A stretch of DNA of 64,000 nt from Candidatus Bathyarchaeota archaeon (GCA_963768425.1 CAVYHV010000014.1:256001-320000); one strand, 5' to 3'; counted from the first letter of the stretch, positions 30,433-41,849 are shown. Program-made: numbers and translations. Notes: a model not told the origin generated them from the sequence alone.

Positions 30433-30697
30433 GCATCGAAAAACCATAGCTTAGCCAAACGCAAGTTTTGAAGTTTAGTTTGAACTCACATAAGAATCCA
30501 TTAACTAATGCCAGTTCTTGTCGTTTAGCATGGAAAGACAGCTATTAACAGTTTAAGTCCCTTCTAAAATAATATTTGGATTTACAAGATAGCAAAGATT
30601 CCTTCAGGCTAATGAATAGTTTTTCTTTGAAAGATTGGATTTAGAGCTCACTTAAACTCTCTTGCCGCTCTTCTGCTCGTTTTACCATTAAAATAAG

Positions 30698-30964
30698 TTA
30701 GGGTTTTCTTATGTCTGGATAGGGTTTATACACAATACAATAGCCGTCTTTGCACATGAGCGCTAAATTATGTTGTTTAGCAACATTTTCCACGCATGAT
30801 GTTAAGAATTCGTCAGAGTTTACTTGAATATGTATTTGGTAAGTATTTGATAGAGCATCGTTTCCTTTAGGCGGCAAGAGTTTTAGGGATTTGCCTTCGA
30901 TGAATTGGCACTGTTCAAGAATTTGTTTGATGACATTGACGGCTTGTTCTCTATTCATATCCAA
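30698..30964 (-). CDS. Small hypothetical protein
   Basis: MNREQAVNVIKQI...YQIHI...IVYKP; resembles the divergent neighbour. Confidence 0.65.
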   Translation of the reverse strand: MDMNREQAVNVIKQILEQCQFIEGKSLKLLPPKGNDALSNTYQIHIQVNSDEFLTSCVENVAKQHNLALMCKDGYCIVYKPYPDIRKP

Positions 30965-31160
30965 GTTCGGTACTTTACGTTCTTAAAACTATTTGTGGGC
31001 AACCAAAAGATACAACAAACAGCCATATTCTTGCTTTTTTGCTCTCTTGGCTCCAGCCAGTTCATGAAAATAGCTTACTTCTTTAACCGTTATGTTTTCG
31101 CATGTAGTTGGTATAAACTTATTAGTATGTACATCCCCAAAGGGATTGGGGAACGTACAC

Positions 31161-31373
31161 TTGGAACGCAAAGAAGCGGTTGCCCTATTGAAAGAATTAG
31201 GCGATGAGCGATTACTTCAACCGTTTATGGTTATTATCCAACAAAGACCACCTAATGGATGCCAATTGCAAATTAAAGGATTATATGACCAAAAAGAAAT
31301 CGAAAGTTTCCTAAAGAATAGAGGTTTCTCATACGAAGAGCATCTGGATTATCTCCTAATTTTTAAACCCTGA
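31161..31373 (+). CDS. Small hypothetical protein, probable paralogue of 30698-30964
   Basis: LERKEAVALLKEL...CQLQI...LLIFKP. Confidence 0.55.
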   Translation: MERKEAVALLKELGDERLLQPFMVIIQQRPPNGCQLQIKGLYDQKEIESFLKNRGFSYEEHLDYLLIFKP

Positions 31374-31702
31374 AAAAGGGAAAAGGAGAATAGTTAGCTT
31401 TTGTCAGTCGGTTCAGCTTTAACTTTTTCGCAAGTGAAAGTTGACTGCTATTTAACACTATTTCTCTTTTGATAAGCTGGAGATTTTGGTGATAGGTTTG
31501 TCCGAATGATTGAAGAATTTGCAGTAGCTGAAATGATTGCAAAAAAAGCCGTTGCAAAGGGCTCTTTCTTCTTCCATTATTACACGTGTAATAAATTTGG
31601 ACTTTTCTTCCATGAATTCATCTATAAACTTGTTACAAAAAAAGAATTTGATGAAAGTTGGGATATGCTTGCTTATTTTTTGGTTTGGCTAAGAGACAAT
31701 TT

Positions 31703-31876
31703 TTAGAGTTTTTCTGGGGCGCAGAGATTTGCTGCTTTGGCAGCAGTTCGCATGCATCCTTTGCAGATGTATTTCGCATCTTTCACAAGTGGCTTTATCT
31801 TTTCTATGGGTACTTTATCCTCTACCATTTTGCAGAGATGGGTTTCATGACCCGGATGAGGTTGTGCCTTTGACAA
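31703..31876 (-). CDS. Small metal-binding protein (57 aa, not in ORF track)
   Basis: HPGHETHLC...YICKGCMRTA....NLCAP; AGGTG RBS. Confidence 0.7.
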   Translation of the reverse strand: MSKAQPHPGHETHLCKMVEDKVPIEKIKPLVKDAKYICKGCMRTAAKAANLCAPEKL

Positions 31877-32370
31877 TATTTACACCTGACCCACTGATTG
31901 GAATGATGTTAAATATAGTATTGTGATTGTGTCTAAACAGCAACATAATATTTCAGGCGAGTTAGAGCTTTTCACCAAGTTGATGTGAAATAAGATTTAA
32001 AAATCCAAACATTTGATATGGTCCTCGCTGGAACAAAAAATGGACGATGAAGTGGTAATAATCGAGGTTAAACGAAGACTTATGCTGAATACTTGAGTGC
32101 TCCTTTTCAAAGACTCAGTTTTAGAGCTTACTATAACACGGAAATGTACGTGCCAAGATGTGCTTCATGTTCTTGCTCAAGTAATGTTTCGATACCTCAG
32201 GAAAACTGTTATAAAACTCCCCAAGTTCTTCTTCTGAAAATACTATATTCTTTTTCTTAGACATTTGATTACCTCAAGAAAAGGTATGTAAAAGTTCAAC
32301 TTTAGAGTTGGTTTGTACCAAGTCTGTTAGACCTAAAAAAGAGGCTTTTTAAAATTAGCCGAGAAAAAAA

Positions 32371-32409
32371 GGGAATGCAAGTGAAGTCTCCACTGGAAGG
32401 AGCGTTCAA
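32371..32409 (+). repeat. ~30-bp att-arm site, copy 1
   Basis: GGGAATGCAAGTGAAGTCTCCACTGGAAGGAGCGTTCAA. Confidence 0.85.
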
Positions 32410-32566
32410 TTTGATTCTCCACCCAAAACACCCGGGGATTGGATTTCAACCCTTAGCAGGAAGTTCTATTGCGAATTTTGTTCCCTTTCCTTGAACTTTC
32501 AAGGCTTGCTTTCCTGATGATTCTGACGCAGATGGTCTTCTATTATTCGATGACCCGCGCGCGCTA

Positions 32567-33421
32567 TCAGTAAGATGGCGTTAAAATCAGCGTATCTTTA
32601 ATATTCAGAATCTGCTTTATTTTCACTATCTCTTCGTCATTAAGACCTAAGTTTTTTACTGACGTTAACTCTCCGAAAATTTTTGAGTGAGAAAATCTCT
32701 CAATTTTAAACCCTTCTTCCTCAAAAAATCTTTTTATTTCAGCCTCATCGGCGAAAACATTGTTTCCGCATAAAATATTGTACTGATCCTGTTTCATACG
32801 ATTTTTAGCAAAATTATCTGCTGATTGACTCATTTTTTTTAGTGTGTCCTTGCTATAAACCTCGTTAGTAATCCAACAGCCAGAATATTCGCTGAATATT
32901 TTATGGATGTTTTTAGCTAAGGTATGTTTTTCTTCCATTGAAAAATACGGTAAAAGTCCTTCGGTGATAACGGCAAGAGATTTGTCTTTTTTGAAAAAAG
33001 CAACAGCCTTCGATAAACTCTCCATGTCAAGAGCATTTGCTGCTTGAAAGTGGAGATTCGGATGTGATTCATTTGACTGAGCAAGAATTGACTGAGCAAT
33101 TTCCTTTTCTTCTTCCAGAATTTGAGGCAAATCAGTTGCTACATATACGACATCGGAATTTCTTGTCATCGATAAACCACGAGGAGACAGTCCAGCGGCA
33201 ATCTCTAAAACTTGAGTTATGCCATGTTCTTTGATGATTTTGTCAGTGACTTTATACCGTGCTTCCCAGATAGGAGATCCCCGAATATCCCCAGTCTGTT
33301 CTTCGAAGGATTGTTTAGCGTTACTTTTAATTGCAATCTCTTTTGCAAAGGGAATGTCAGTAAACGTTCTTGAATAAGCTACAAGTTTAGCAGTTGGGCT
33401 AATTTTCTCAAATTCTTTCAT
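32567..33421 (-). CDS. SAM-dependent methyltransferase (LCM/O-methyltransferase-like)
   Basis: SPTAKLVAY.R, LEIAAGLSPRG, DLP, ITEGLLPY. Confidence 0.85.
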   Translation of the reverse strand: MKEFEKISPTAKLVAYSRTFTDIPFAKEIAIKSNAKQSFEEQTGDIRGSPIWEARYKVTDKIIKEHGITQVLEIAAGLSPRGLSMTRNSDVVYVATDLPQILEEEKEIAQSILAQSNESHPNLHFQAANALDMESLSKAVAFFKKDKSLAVITEGLLPYFSMEEKHTLAKNIHKIFSEYSGCWITNEVYSKDTLKKMSQSADNFAKNRMKQDQYNILCGNNVFADEAEIKRFFEEEGFKIERFSHSKIFGELTSVKNLGLNDEEIVKIKQILNIKDTLILTPSY

Positions 33422-33536
33422 TTTATATCTTCCGAACTTTTTGTCTTTAACTAAATGGCGGCATGTCTTATTAATTTTATAGCGAGCTTATTCGCTGTTG
33501 CGATAATTATTTATTTAACAGAATGATGTAAAACGT

Positions 33537-34265
33537 ATGCGCAGGTTAGTTATAGAGTGGTCAATTAACGAAGCAATTAAAAGAATTAAGGATAGAGAAA
33601 TCGAGAAACTCAAAGAGTACGGAGAGCAGGTCGATTCAGGACTAGTCAAAAAAGCTGAATCGACTGAATTGAACAGGCTTGAGACAATTAAAAAAATCAA
33701 ATCATTTGAGGTGCTTCACATTTTAAGATTTAATTCCTCTGAAACGGCTGCAATATTCAGATTAGAGTCCAAAGATAACTCTTTGGAAGTTGAAGAACTC
33801 TTAAAAGTACTCCTTCAAAATCTCAACGTCGAATATCAGCTTTTAGAACAGGATAGAGACGCTTGCATCTATCTTATCAAGGGAAAAACGGTTCAGTCAA
33901 ACTCAGGAACACTTATCAGAAGAGGGATGTACCCTATGTTGCCTTTTGCGGTTAGGGATGGAAAAGTCAGAGTTACTCTTGTTGGAGATAATGACCAGGT
34001 TAAAGAGTTCCTTGAAAATAGGCGGGTTAACTACAAGGTGCTATCGCTTACGGATGCCAAATTTTCACCCAATTCACCGATCAGTCGCTTGACTGAAAAG
34101 CAGCAGGAAGCGATCTCTTTGGCTTTTAGGTTTGGCTACTTTGATACACCCAGAAAAGTAAGCGCAGATGAGTTGGCAGCAAAGCTTGGTCTTTCGAGTT
34201 CTACGTTAGCGGTTCATTTGAGAAGAGCGGAACGGCGACTACTCGCTGAAATGTTAAACGAGTAA
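33537..34265 (+). CDS. Regulator with C-terminal HTH_10 (Bat-type) domain
   Basis: LTEKQQEAISLAFRFGYFDTPRK...HLRRAE. Confidence 0.9.
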   Translation: MRRLVIEWSINEAIKRIKDREIEKLKEYGEQVDSGLVKKAESTELNRLETIKKIKSFEVLHILRFNSSETAAIFRLESKDNSLEVEELLKVLLQNLNVEYQLLEQDRDACIYLIKGKTVQSNSGTLIRRGMYPMLPFAVRDGKVRVTLVGDNDQVKEFLENRRVNYKVLSLTDAKFSPNSPISRLTEKQQEAISLAFRFGYFDTPRKVSADELAAKLGLSSSTLAVHLRRAERRLLAEMLNE

Positions 34266-34375
34266 GAACAGCCGTCACTACGTTTGATAGCTATAAGTAA
34301 AGAATAGGAGCAGTTACCTGCCAATTATGATTTTCTTAAGGAGATTTGAGAAGTAGGAGAATACTGATTGACAAA

Positions 34376-34834
34376 TTATATGGATTGCATCAACATCAAA
34401 GCAAACTCTTCAGCATGTTTGAGGTCGTCTGAGTTTGGTCTATCTTTCTTAGTGCCACCCACCAGTTTTAATGGACCCCACGTGTTGAATCCAGCACAAT
34501 TAAATTCGTCAGCAATTGTATAGCCTTTTGATTGGAGTTTTTCCCTAAGAAGTGAGTGGAATTTGGGTGCGTTTTCGGTATTTGCAGATGTGGAGAAGAT
34601 GAATGCTTTCTTGTTGATTTGCTGTGGGAGCTTTTCTGCTAGGTCTAACAAGTCTTTGTGATGTTTCCAAAAGTAAATCCCTGAACCAAAGCCGACAAGG
34701 TCATACTGATTAAGTTCTTCTAAGTTAATTTGTTGCGGAGTCTTTATTTCTGCATTAATCACTTTCGCTATAACTTCAGCTATTTTCTGGGTGTTGTTGT
34801 GATGATATGAAACCAAGATTATCAAAGACCTCAT
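34376..34834 (-). CDS. Flavodoxin family protein
   Basis: SYHHNNTQKIA, GFGSGIY, FSTS. Confidence 0.9.
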   Translation of the reverse strand: MRSLIILVSYHHNNTQKIAEVIAKVINAEIKTPQQINLEELNQYDLVGFGSGIYFWKHHKDLLDLAEKLPQQINKKAFIFSTSANTENAPKFHSLLREKLQSKGYTIADEFNCAGFNTWGPLKLVGGTKKDRPNSDDLKHAEEFALMLMQSI

Positions 34835-35036
34835 GAAGTACTCAACCTGCCAACTTCACTGTTGGCGTTACCATTAACTTCTTTTTTTAACTAATAATGT
34901 ATTGCGTTGACTTTATCAGTAGAAAGGAGAAGCCAAAACAAACAGAATTATTGCGACATAAGCGATTAAAGAGCTATTAAAATAGTATATTCAAAGGGTT
35001 AGGAACTTCGCTATTTAATCAACCACCCAGGAAAAT

Positions 35037-35092
35037 GGGAATGCGGGTGATGTCTCCACTGGATGGAGCGTTCAAGTCCCACCCCTGCACCA
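35037..35092 (+). repeat. att-arm site copy 2 fused to a tRNA-Leu 3'-end copy
   Basis: GGGAATGCGGGTGATGTCTCCACTGGATGGAGC-GTTCAAGTCCCACCCCTGCACCA. Confidence 0.9.
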
Positions 35093-35155
35093 CTATGTTG
35101 AAAACCACTGGAAGTTTGTCCCGGCAATGAATTTTGTTTGTTTTGGATTTTTCAT

Positions 35156-35350
35156 TTATTTTCTCTTCCTAAATAGTTTATGAACGTCGAAATCGCAGAC
35201 AAAATCAAATCCTGCATCTATTGGAAGGCTTCTTCAGCTTTGGTCTTTAGTTACTTTTGAAACAAAGTCTGTCTGGTCGACAAATAGGGATTCTTTGAGT
35301 TGCATGTAAAGGACCTATTTTTGATGTTTTGTGATCTAACTCCTGCATGA
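35156..35350 (-). pseudogene. Integrase C-terminal relic 2
   Basis: YMQLKESLFVDQTDFVSKV...IDAGFDFVCDFDVHKLFRKRK with indels. Confidence 0.85.
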
Positions 35351-35365
35351 CTTAAAGGATATCCC

Positions 35366-36604
35366 TCAAAAAATTTGAGGAGCTGAGTTAATCGTGAAAG
35401 ACACTTTTGACAAATACACCATAAAGCAAAGGCTAAGAGTGAAAGGTCGCTTTTGGGTATTTTTATTCTTGGTTTTCGAGGGCTCTTTGAAGGCCTGCAA
35501 TTTGTTGCCTAGCAGGGTTATGGCAAGCAAGATTGCTCCGATAGCGGTTAATGCTACGCCTGCAATGTAGGCAAAGTTGTTACTATATGTCCAGCTGTAA
35601 GTGACTATGTAGCTGACGTTTTTGCTATATGAGTCGATGTTTGAGAGAATTAAGTACACGGTGGTTGGGGGGCCACTGTTAACAAAGTCTACGCCAGTTT
35701 GTCCAGATGAAGCGTTAATCTTAGGTATGCTCCAGCTTCGAATATCCGTAATAGTGCCATTGCCCCATTGCATGAAGGTTGAGTTTTCTCCGTTCCCGAA
35801 TGCTTGTATGGTGCCTTTGTCAGAGCTAATTTGGATGCGGTAGATGCCAGCCGAGCCTTCAACATAGGCTATGGAATTGTAATTTTTAGCTGGCACGTTA
35901 ACTGAGCCATGGGAAAGCGTAACTTGCGCATTAACAGGGCTTGAATAAGTATTTGCCAAGTAAACGCCAAAGACAAGCATTATCACGCAAACAACCAGCA
36001 CAATCGCCTTTTTGCGCGTCATCTTAAAGTTTTTCAAGGAAGCCCTATGTTTCACCGCGAAAAAAGCTGCAACTGCCAGAATTACAACTAAACTTGCCGC
36101 GGTAATCATCGTTGCCAAGTTTAAACCCGATTGATCCATCACCAACGTTTCCTCGTAAACTGCTACGTTAACTTGCTGGCTAATGTTTCTCGAGTTCCAA
36201 AACACTATATTTGCAATTTGAGTGTTTGAACTGCTGCTTACGTCATAAGGGTATGCTTGGCATGGAACAGGCAAGTTATAAAAATCGCCGTTTCCTGAAG
36301 CTCCATCCCAGGACACCGCAAATTGACCTTTCAGCCATTTTTGCAAGTTCGCGTCCGTGAGAGCACTGGAAAATACCGTGTTTGATGCATCGTTAGCGTA
36401 TACCACAATGTAGTAGGAGCCTGATTCGTTGAGAGAGAAGCTTTTGTAAGTTGTTGAGTTTTCAGGCAAAGAAAATGTTTCAGAAGATATGCATGTTAAC
36501 CGATGCTGCGGAACCGAATATGTGTTCTCCATGGATAATCCTACAAAAAGCGCCGCTACAGCAATAACCGCAACTAAGACGCCTAATACTCTACCGTGAC
36601 GCAT
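35366..36604 (-). CDS. Membrane protein with two extracellular beta-rich domains
   Basis: Four TM segments flanking two similar Ser/Asn/Tyr-rich domains. Confidence 0.75.
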   Translation of the reverse strand: MRHGRVLGVLVAVIAVAALFVGLSMENTYSVPQHRLTCISSETFSLPENSTTYKSFSLNESGSYYIVVYANDASNTVFSSALTDANLQKWLKGQFAVSWDGASGNGDFYNLPVPCQAYPYDVSSSSNTQIANIVFWNSRNISQQVNVAVYEETLVMDQSGLNLATMITAASLVVILAVAAFFAVKHRASLKNFKMTRKKAIVLVVCVIMLVFGVYLANTYSSPVNAQVTLSHGSVNVPAKNYNSIAYVEGSAGIYRIQISSDKGTIQAFGNGENSTFMQWGNGTITDIRSWSIPKINASSGQTGVDFVNSGPPTTVYLILSNIDSYSKNVSYIVTYSWTYSNNFAYIAGVALTAIGAILLAITLLGNKLQAFKEPSKTKNKNTQKRPFTLSLCFMVYLSKVSFTINSAPQIF

Positions 36605-36720
36605 TTACGTTCTAAATGAGCACTTGACAAATTAAGGTAAAACCCTTTGTGCGTCCAAAAAGTTAAGTCAACACCTTAAAACCTTCTCCAACGAGATTTT
36701 TATTGAAAAGGCAAAACGAT

Positions 36721-37365
36721 ATGAGCCAAGCCGAAAATGTCGCAGAAGGTTTTGTAGCAGTAGCAAGCGCAATATGGCTGCTCTTATGCGCCTGGGTTTC
36801 ATCAACAATCAATCTGTGGCTGGGATTAGGCGCCTTTCTTTTTTTAGCTATCCCTTTCGCAGGACGCGTCATACTGCTTCTAAAAAACCTCAAAGTAAAA
36901 ACAACTATCCAAACTCGCGTTAAACAAGCCAAAAACGGTCTGATGAGTTTGCAAGGGTTTGCCTTTGCATGTTGGTTTTTCGATGTTATCTCAACAGTTT
37001 TTGTTTTGAACATTCAGCGGTCAGGAGATGAGCTAAACATTTTAGGCTGGCCCTACAGCGCGTTAGGAGCCTTGGCATTTTATGTTCCTGTTACTGTTGC
37101 AGCTTACTACCTGCTGTTCAAGGTTAAATCAAAAGAGTCATTTTACGCAACAGCGGCACTAACCGCCGTATCCATATTCATCGGCTTGATGAACCTGAAC
37201 GCTGGCCTGTCAAATCTTACGCAGCTCTACACTTTCAATCTATCAATGGAAGATTTCGCCATTTTTGGAATTTGGCTTGCCATCATGGCTTCATTAAGCG
37301 CTTTTAACGTTTTAGCAATAACTAAAAGAGCAAAGCCCTTTGCAAAAGCAGAAGTTAACTGGTAG
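36721..37365 (+). CDS. Integral membrane hypothetical protein
   Basis: About 6 TM helices; D..ST...E.N motif. Confidence 0.7.
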   Translation: MSQAENVAEGFVAVASAIWLLLCAWVSSTINLWLGLGAFLFLAIPFAGRVILLLKNLKVKTTIQTRVKQAKNGLMSLQGFAFACWFFDVISTVFVLNIQRSGDELNILGWPYSALGALAFYVPVTVAAYYLLFKVKSKESFYATAALTAVSIFIGLMNLNAGLSNLTQLYTFNLSMEDFAIFGIWLAIMASLSAFNVLAITKRAKPFAKAEVNW

Positions 37366-37439
37366 GTCGGCTAGTTCGCAAACAATAGCCCATATGCCGC
37401 ATACTATGTGGATTAAGTATAACATTTTTAAGTTGCATT

Positions 37440-37976
37440 TTGGGAAATGGAGAAAAGTCTATGAGCTTCAATCGCAAATTAAAAACAAGAGATGATCCGT
37501 GTTTGATATGGAAAATTCTTGTGGGCGTAGATGGTTCTGAATCTTCGGAAAAGGCTTTGGATTACGCTCTTGAAATTGCTGATAAGTTTTCCGCCTCGAT
37601 TCTGATACTTAACGTTTTTCAGTCGCCTCCGGAAATTGGAAATCAACTTAGCATGATACAGCAGTCTTCATCGCCTGGATATTCCCAAGAGTCAATAGAT
37701 TACCAGCCAATTATCAGGGAATTCAGAAAGGTGCATGAGGCAGTTTTGTCCAGAGCCACTGAAAAAGCAAAAAAATCAAAGCCCATGCTTAAAATCACCG
37801 CCGAACTCAAGGAAGGAGACCCATCATCACAGATAGTTGAGACTGCTGCAAACGGCGAGTTTGACTTAATAGTTATTGGTCACAGGGGGGACAGTCAGAT
37901 CAGAGAACTCTTCCTAGGCAGCACAAGCGAAAGAGTCGCCCACCGAGCAACATGCGCCGTACTAATTGCCAAATGA
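37440..37976 (+). CDS. Universal stress protein
   Basis: ILVGVDGSESS, IGHRG...LGSTSERV. Confidence 0.93.
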   Translation: MGNGEKSMSFNRKLKTRDDPCLIWKILVGVDGSESSEKALDYALEIADKFSASILILNVFQSPPEIGNQLSMIQQSSSPGYSQESIDYQPIIREFRKVHEAVLSRATEKAKKSKPMLKITAELKEGDPSSQIVETAANGEFDLIVIGHRGDSQIRELFLGSTSERVAHRATCAVLIAK

Positions 37977-38140
37977 AGCTATCAACTCGCCAAATCACGC
38001 GCCGCTCATTATTTTTATTGGACGTCTGAATAAATTTAAACAAAATCAGAATTATTCCCTTTTCAAGCCATTATCATAGCGAATAGCTTGGAAAGACTTT
38101 ACAAAAAGCTAATAATAAGTTTGTAGGGTAATCAGAACTC

Positions 38141-39028
38141 ATGAATGTTCAGATTAGAAATTTCGTAGAATCCGATTTACCATTTCTCTTGGAACTGCTG
38201 AAAGACCCAGATTCCGAACAGAGACTTCTCTACACGCATTATGGAAACGGCAATTTTTCCTCTTGGCTCAGAGAACGTAGGATTAAGGTTTTGATAGCTG
38301 AAAACAACTGCGGAATAATTGGTTCCGTTGCTTATAATGATGGGTTTTGGGGAGAAGAAATTGAGTGGCTTGTTACCTGCGGAAACCCGGATCGAAAACT
38401 TGTGGGGGATATGTTGATTAGAGGAGCTGAAAAGTATGTAAAAAAAGATACGGTTTTTACTTCGGTCATCGCTGGAAGCTCCAGAGTTGAAGAATGGGTT
38501 CAACGAGGCTATTGCCCAAATGGAGGACTGTATTATATGATTACAAAACTTTCAGGCTTGAAATCCACCCCTAAAATCCCCGAAGGCGCCCTGTTACGAA
38601 GCCTAAAGCCAAAAGAAGAAAACAAATTCGTTCAACTTGTAAACGCTGGATTTGGGTGGGAAAGGGTCAAGTTGGGTGATATTGAAAAGTGGAAAACTGA
38701 AAGTCCGCCTTTCGATGAAGAATGGATTTATGTTGCTGAGAGTGACGGAAAACTTGTTTCTGTTGTTGTCGCAAAACCTGACACAGGCTATAATCGGTTT
38801 TTCAATGCAAACAGAGGATATTTGGGCCCAGCAGCAACACTTCCTGAGTATCGGGGCAAGAATCTTGCATCTGCACTTACGGTGCATGCAATGAATTCTC
38901 TGTTTAAACGAGGAATAGATTCTGTGTGTTTATTCACTAATGAAACAAATGCTTCGTCAATAAAATTATTGCAAAAGATTGGTTTTCAAATTGGTTTTCA
39001 TTGGAAGTTTATGCTGAAGCATTTCTGA
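38141..39028 (+). CDS. Tandem GNAT acetyltransferase
   Basis: TLPEYRGKNLA, N.SSIKLLQKIGF. Confidence 0.88.
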   Translation: MNVQIRNFVESDLPFLLELLKDPDSEQRLLYTHYGNGNFSSWLRERRIKVLIAENNCGIIGSVAYNDGFWGEEIEWLVTCGNPDRKLVGDMLIRGAEKYVKKDTVFTSVIAGSSRVEEWVQRGYCPNGGLYYMITKLSGLKSTPKIPEGALLRSLKPKEENKFVQLVNAGFGWERVKLGDIEKWKTESPPFDEEWIYVAESDGKLVSVVVAKPDTGYNRFFNANRGYLGPAATLPEYRGKNLASALTVHAMNSLFKRGIDSVCLFTNETNASSIKLLQKIGFQIGFHWKFMLKHF

Positions 39029-39124
39029 CAACCTTGTGCTTGCTACATGGTAAGAGCTTCGGGCAGCTCCGAATCCTTTTATGTAAAAGCATTCTAACGT
39101 AGACAGATCTAAAGGGGAGTTTAC

Positions 39125-39457
39125 TTGGAATCAATGTATGTACGTGTTGCTGATAAGTCAGAGATAGAAATGGGCAAGATGAAAAAGGTCGCATTAGATG
39201 ACAAAGAGATTCTTATTGCCAATGTAAATGGGAAATATTATGCTGTCGATAACACGTGCACACACTTCGGAGGCAACCTTTCAGAAGGCGTCTTAGAAGG
39301 CAACGTTGTAACGTGCCCGAATCATCGAGCTAAATTTGATGTAACTACGGGAAAAGTGGTTTCCGCCCCTGCTGAAACCCTCGGACGCCCAGACATAGAG
39401 GATTTGCAGACGCATTCGGCGAAGGTTGAAGACCAATACATAATGGTCAAAGTTTAG
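39125..39457 (+). CDS. Rieske-type ferredoxin
   Basis: CTH...CPNH motif. Confidence 0.92.
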   Translation: MESMYVRVADKSEIEMGKMKKVALDDKEILIANVNGKYYAVDNTCTHFGGNLSEGVLEGNVVTCPNHRAKFDVTTGKVVSAPAETLGRPDIEDLQTHSAKVEDQYIMVKV

Positions 39458-39465
39458 CAAAAGAA

Positions 39466-39503
39466 GAATTACAGGTGATGTTTCCACTGGAGGGAGCGTT
39501 CAA
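39466..39503 (+). repeat. att-arm site, copy 3
   Basis: GAATTACAGGTGATGTTTCCACTGGAGGGAGCGTTCAA. Confidence 0.85.
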
Positions 39504-39576
39504 TGCATTCCCCTACTGGATTTGCCAGAGGATTACTTAGTTATTCTTAAAACATAGAAAATGGAGATTTGTCAAG

Positions 39577-39747
39577 TCATTTAGCTTTTAGAAGTTCATC
39601 CATTAAGGTAAGTAAGAAGTATCCTTGTTGTTTATCTAACTTTGTGCATGATAGGCTATGAAGTAATTGATAGACTTCGACACCATATTTCTCTTTGAGT
39701 TGTTTCCCATTATGTTCTATAATCTCAGTGCTTGTATTTTTACTCAT
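39577..39747 (-). CDS. Small hypothetical protein (56 aa)
   Basis: GTGAGGGT RBS; MSKNTSTEIIEHNGKQLKEKYG... Confidence 0.45.
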   Translation of the reverse strand: MSKNTSTEIIEHNGKQLKEKYGVEVYQLLHSLSCTKLDKQQGYFLLTLMDELLKAK

Positions 39748-40199
39748 TAAAGACCCTCACTTCTTCCATTCTTCGATTCAGATTTAAGACTTTTCTTTAT
39801 GAAAGCTTTCCCCCACACATAAGACATTCAAGTGGGAACTTATAGCGCGTTTGTAAAAAAACATTTGAGAGCTCCGTTGGATTGAGGCTTCAAAAAACCT
39901 GCGTAACATGCATCCGTATATGGGTTATGTGATTTAGCACATTGACTAAGCTCCGCCTTTGCCAGACCCTAAGGCGTATATTCTTCAATTCAGGATTCAA
40001 GATTTTGCTAACCGCTATGGACTTTGTTGATACAGAATTTCGGCTAAGATTTCTTTGCGTCTCTCTTTGCGGTTCTTCTTTTGGTTCTTCATGCCTAATA
40101 GAGGAATAATTTAGCATTAAAATAAAAACTTTATTCATTCTGGCTAATGAACAACGCTGAGAACCAAGCTTTAACCATGATAAAGAAAGGTGTTTTGTT

Positions 40200-40229
40200 G
40201 ATGATGTCTCCAATGGAGCGAACGTTCAA
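40200..40229 (+). repeat. att-arm site, copy 4 (more diverged)
   Basis: GATGATGTCTCCAATGGAGCGAACGTTCAA. Confidence 0.7.
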
Positions 40230-40338
40230 AGCAACCTCTATTCTAAAAGGACCGGGAGTTTGGCTGGCACCCTTCATGAGCTACATCATTGCTTTGTCTT
40301 TTACATTTGGCTGCTTCTTTCCTTTTTTAAAAATTTAA

Positions 40339-41849
40339 TCATGTTTCCATTCCGACACACTTGTTACTTATACATTGTATAATGGGGGAAATCGCCTCTT
40401 TGTTTGTCCAATCAGTTTCTTCATGCAATAGTATCAATTGTTCTTGAGATTTCTTGTCAATTCTAAACCAAGAATTAAATCTAAGTTTACTCATTGGACC
40501 TAAGTTCATAAGCCACTTGTCGTTGCAGTCGAGCTTGTTGTAATCATATGCGCCGGGCAGAGGAAAGCAGATGATATTTTTCCTCAAGTTCGCCGGCAGG
40601 CTTGTCTCTATAACTTGGTACTGTTCCAGCGTTACCAAAGATGCTCCAGTCGAAACGAACATAACCACTTTTTTCGTGCTTAAAACACCCCAGTTATTTT
40701 TTAGGAAGTCGATCCCTTTGATTTTCCCAATGTGAACGGACGATCCGTAGATCACTGTAGAATAACGTTTCAATGAGGCAGTATCAAATTCAGAAATGTC
40801 CAGAGCCTTTGTCTTAAGTTCTTCTGCTATCCATTCAGCGTAACGCTTGGTTGCTCCATACTTCGACTTGTAAATGACGACTACATTATCTGATCCGGGT
40901 TTTTTGGCTTTGTCGCATTCTTCTTTTCTATCCAGACTTTCGTTCTTGTGACTCTGGCTTTGGCTGTGGAGTTTATCCTTTATTAAATAGAAGAGACCGC
41001 CGTAAGCTAATAGTCCCAAAACGGGAAAAACAATTATTCCTGCTGAGCCAGATCCTGTCGTTACTGCTGGATCCTTATTGATTACTTCTATGATTGCACT
41101 TGCGTTAACAGCAGTGCCCAACGTGATAAAGAATCCATAGAAAAGCAGCACTAATGGGTAAGCCTTTTTCGGTTTAGACAATAGAAGCAAGAGAGCTAAG
41201 AAACCCATCGGAATCGTGATTCCAAGATCCAGAAACTTTACCATCCACCATGAAGTAGGTGTTGCAAGATAGTCGCCTGCTGAAGTGTTGCCGGTTGAAA
41301 TGACCTGAGCAAGCTGCGAAACCCACATGAAACCGAACATTAACAGAAAAATCGCCATCGTAGCAACGTAGATTCGTAGTCCTTTCACTTTGAAATTGGG
41401 GGCGTCTTTACTTGTGAATCGTGTGAAGCTTCCAACTAGTAAAATTAAACCGCCTATTGTCAATGTTAAGAACAAGCCGCAAAATGCCTCGGAGTTGCCC
41501 GTATAAGCCGGGTTTCCCCATTCTTGTCCTATGCCGTATTCTAATCCAGAGTACATCAGCATAACTGGCGTCAGTACCAAAAAGTACTTGGAGCTGTCCT
41601 TTTTTAGGAGGACCAAAATTCCACCAACGATTAAAACTGGCGCCAAAACAATCAGATTAGTTATGTCAAAGGCTTGTGTTTGCCAATTCCCAGAAAGCGA
41701 CGTTCTATAGTGAATAATGTTAAACACCGCTGGTCCTGAAGCGCTATCAATATGAGATCAGCTGCACAAGCAAGAGCGCTAATGCCAACTACAATAGGCG
41801 GAATTAACTGTTCATTATCCGATTCAGTTACGTCTGCCATTAAACTCAC
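40339..41849 (-). CDS. Multi-pass membrane protein fused to a HemG-like flavodoxin (frameshift at ~41735)
   Basis: About 8 TM helices followed by IYKSKYGATKRYAEWIAEEL. Confidence 0.75.

Noticed and set aside
32371-40229. Canonical integron attC sites
   Set aside because: No RYYYAAC...GTTRRRY pairing or long bottom-strand hairpin; blocks are multi-gene and mixed-strand; no IntI-type insertion recognised in the integrase.
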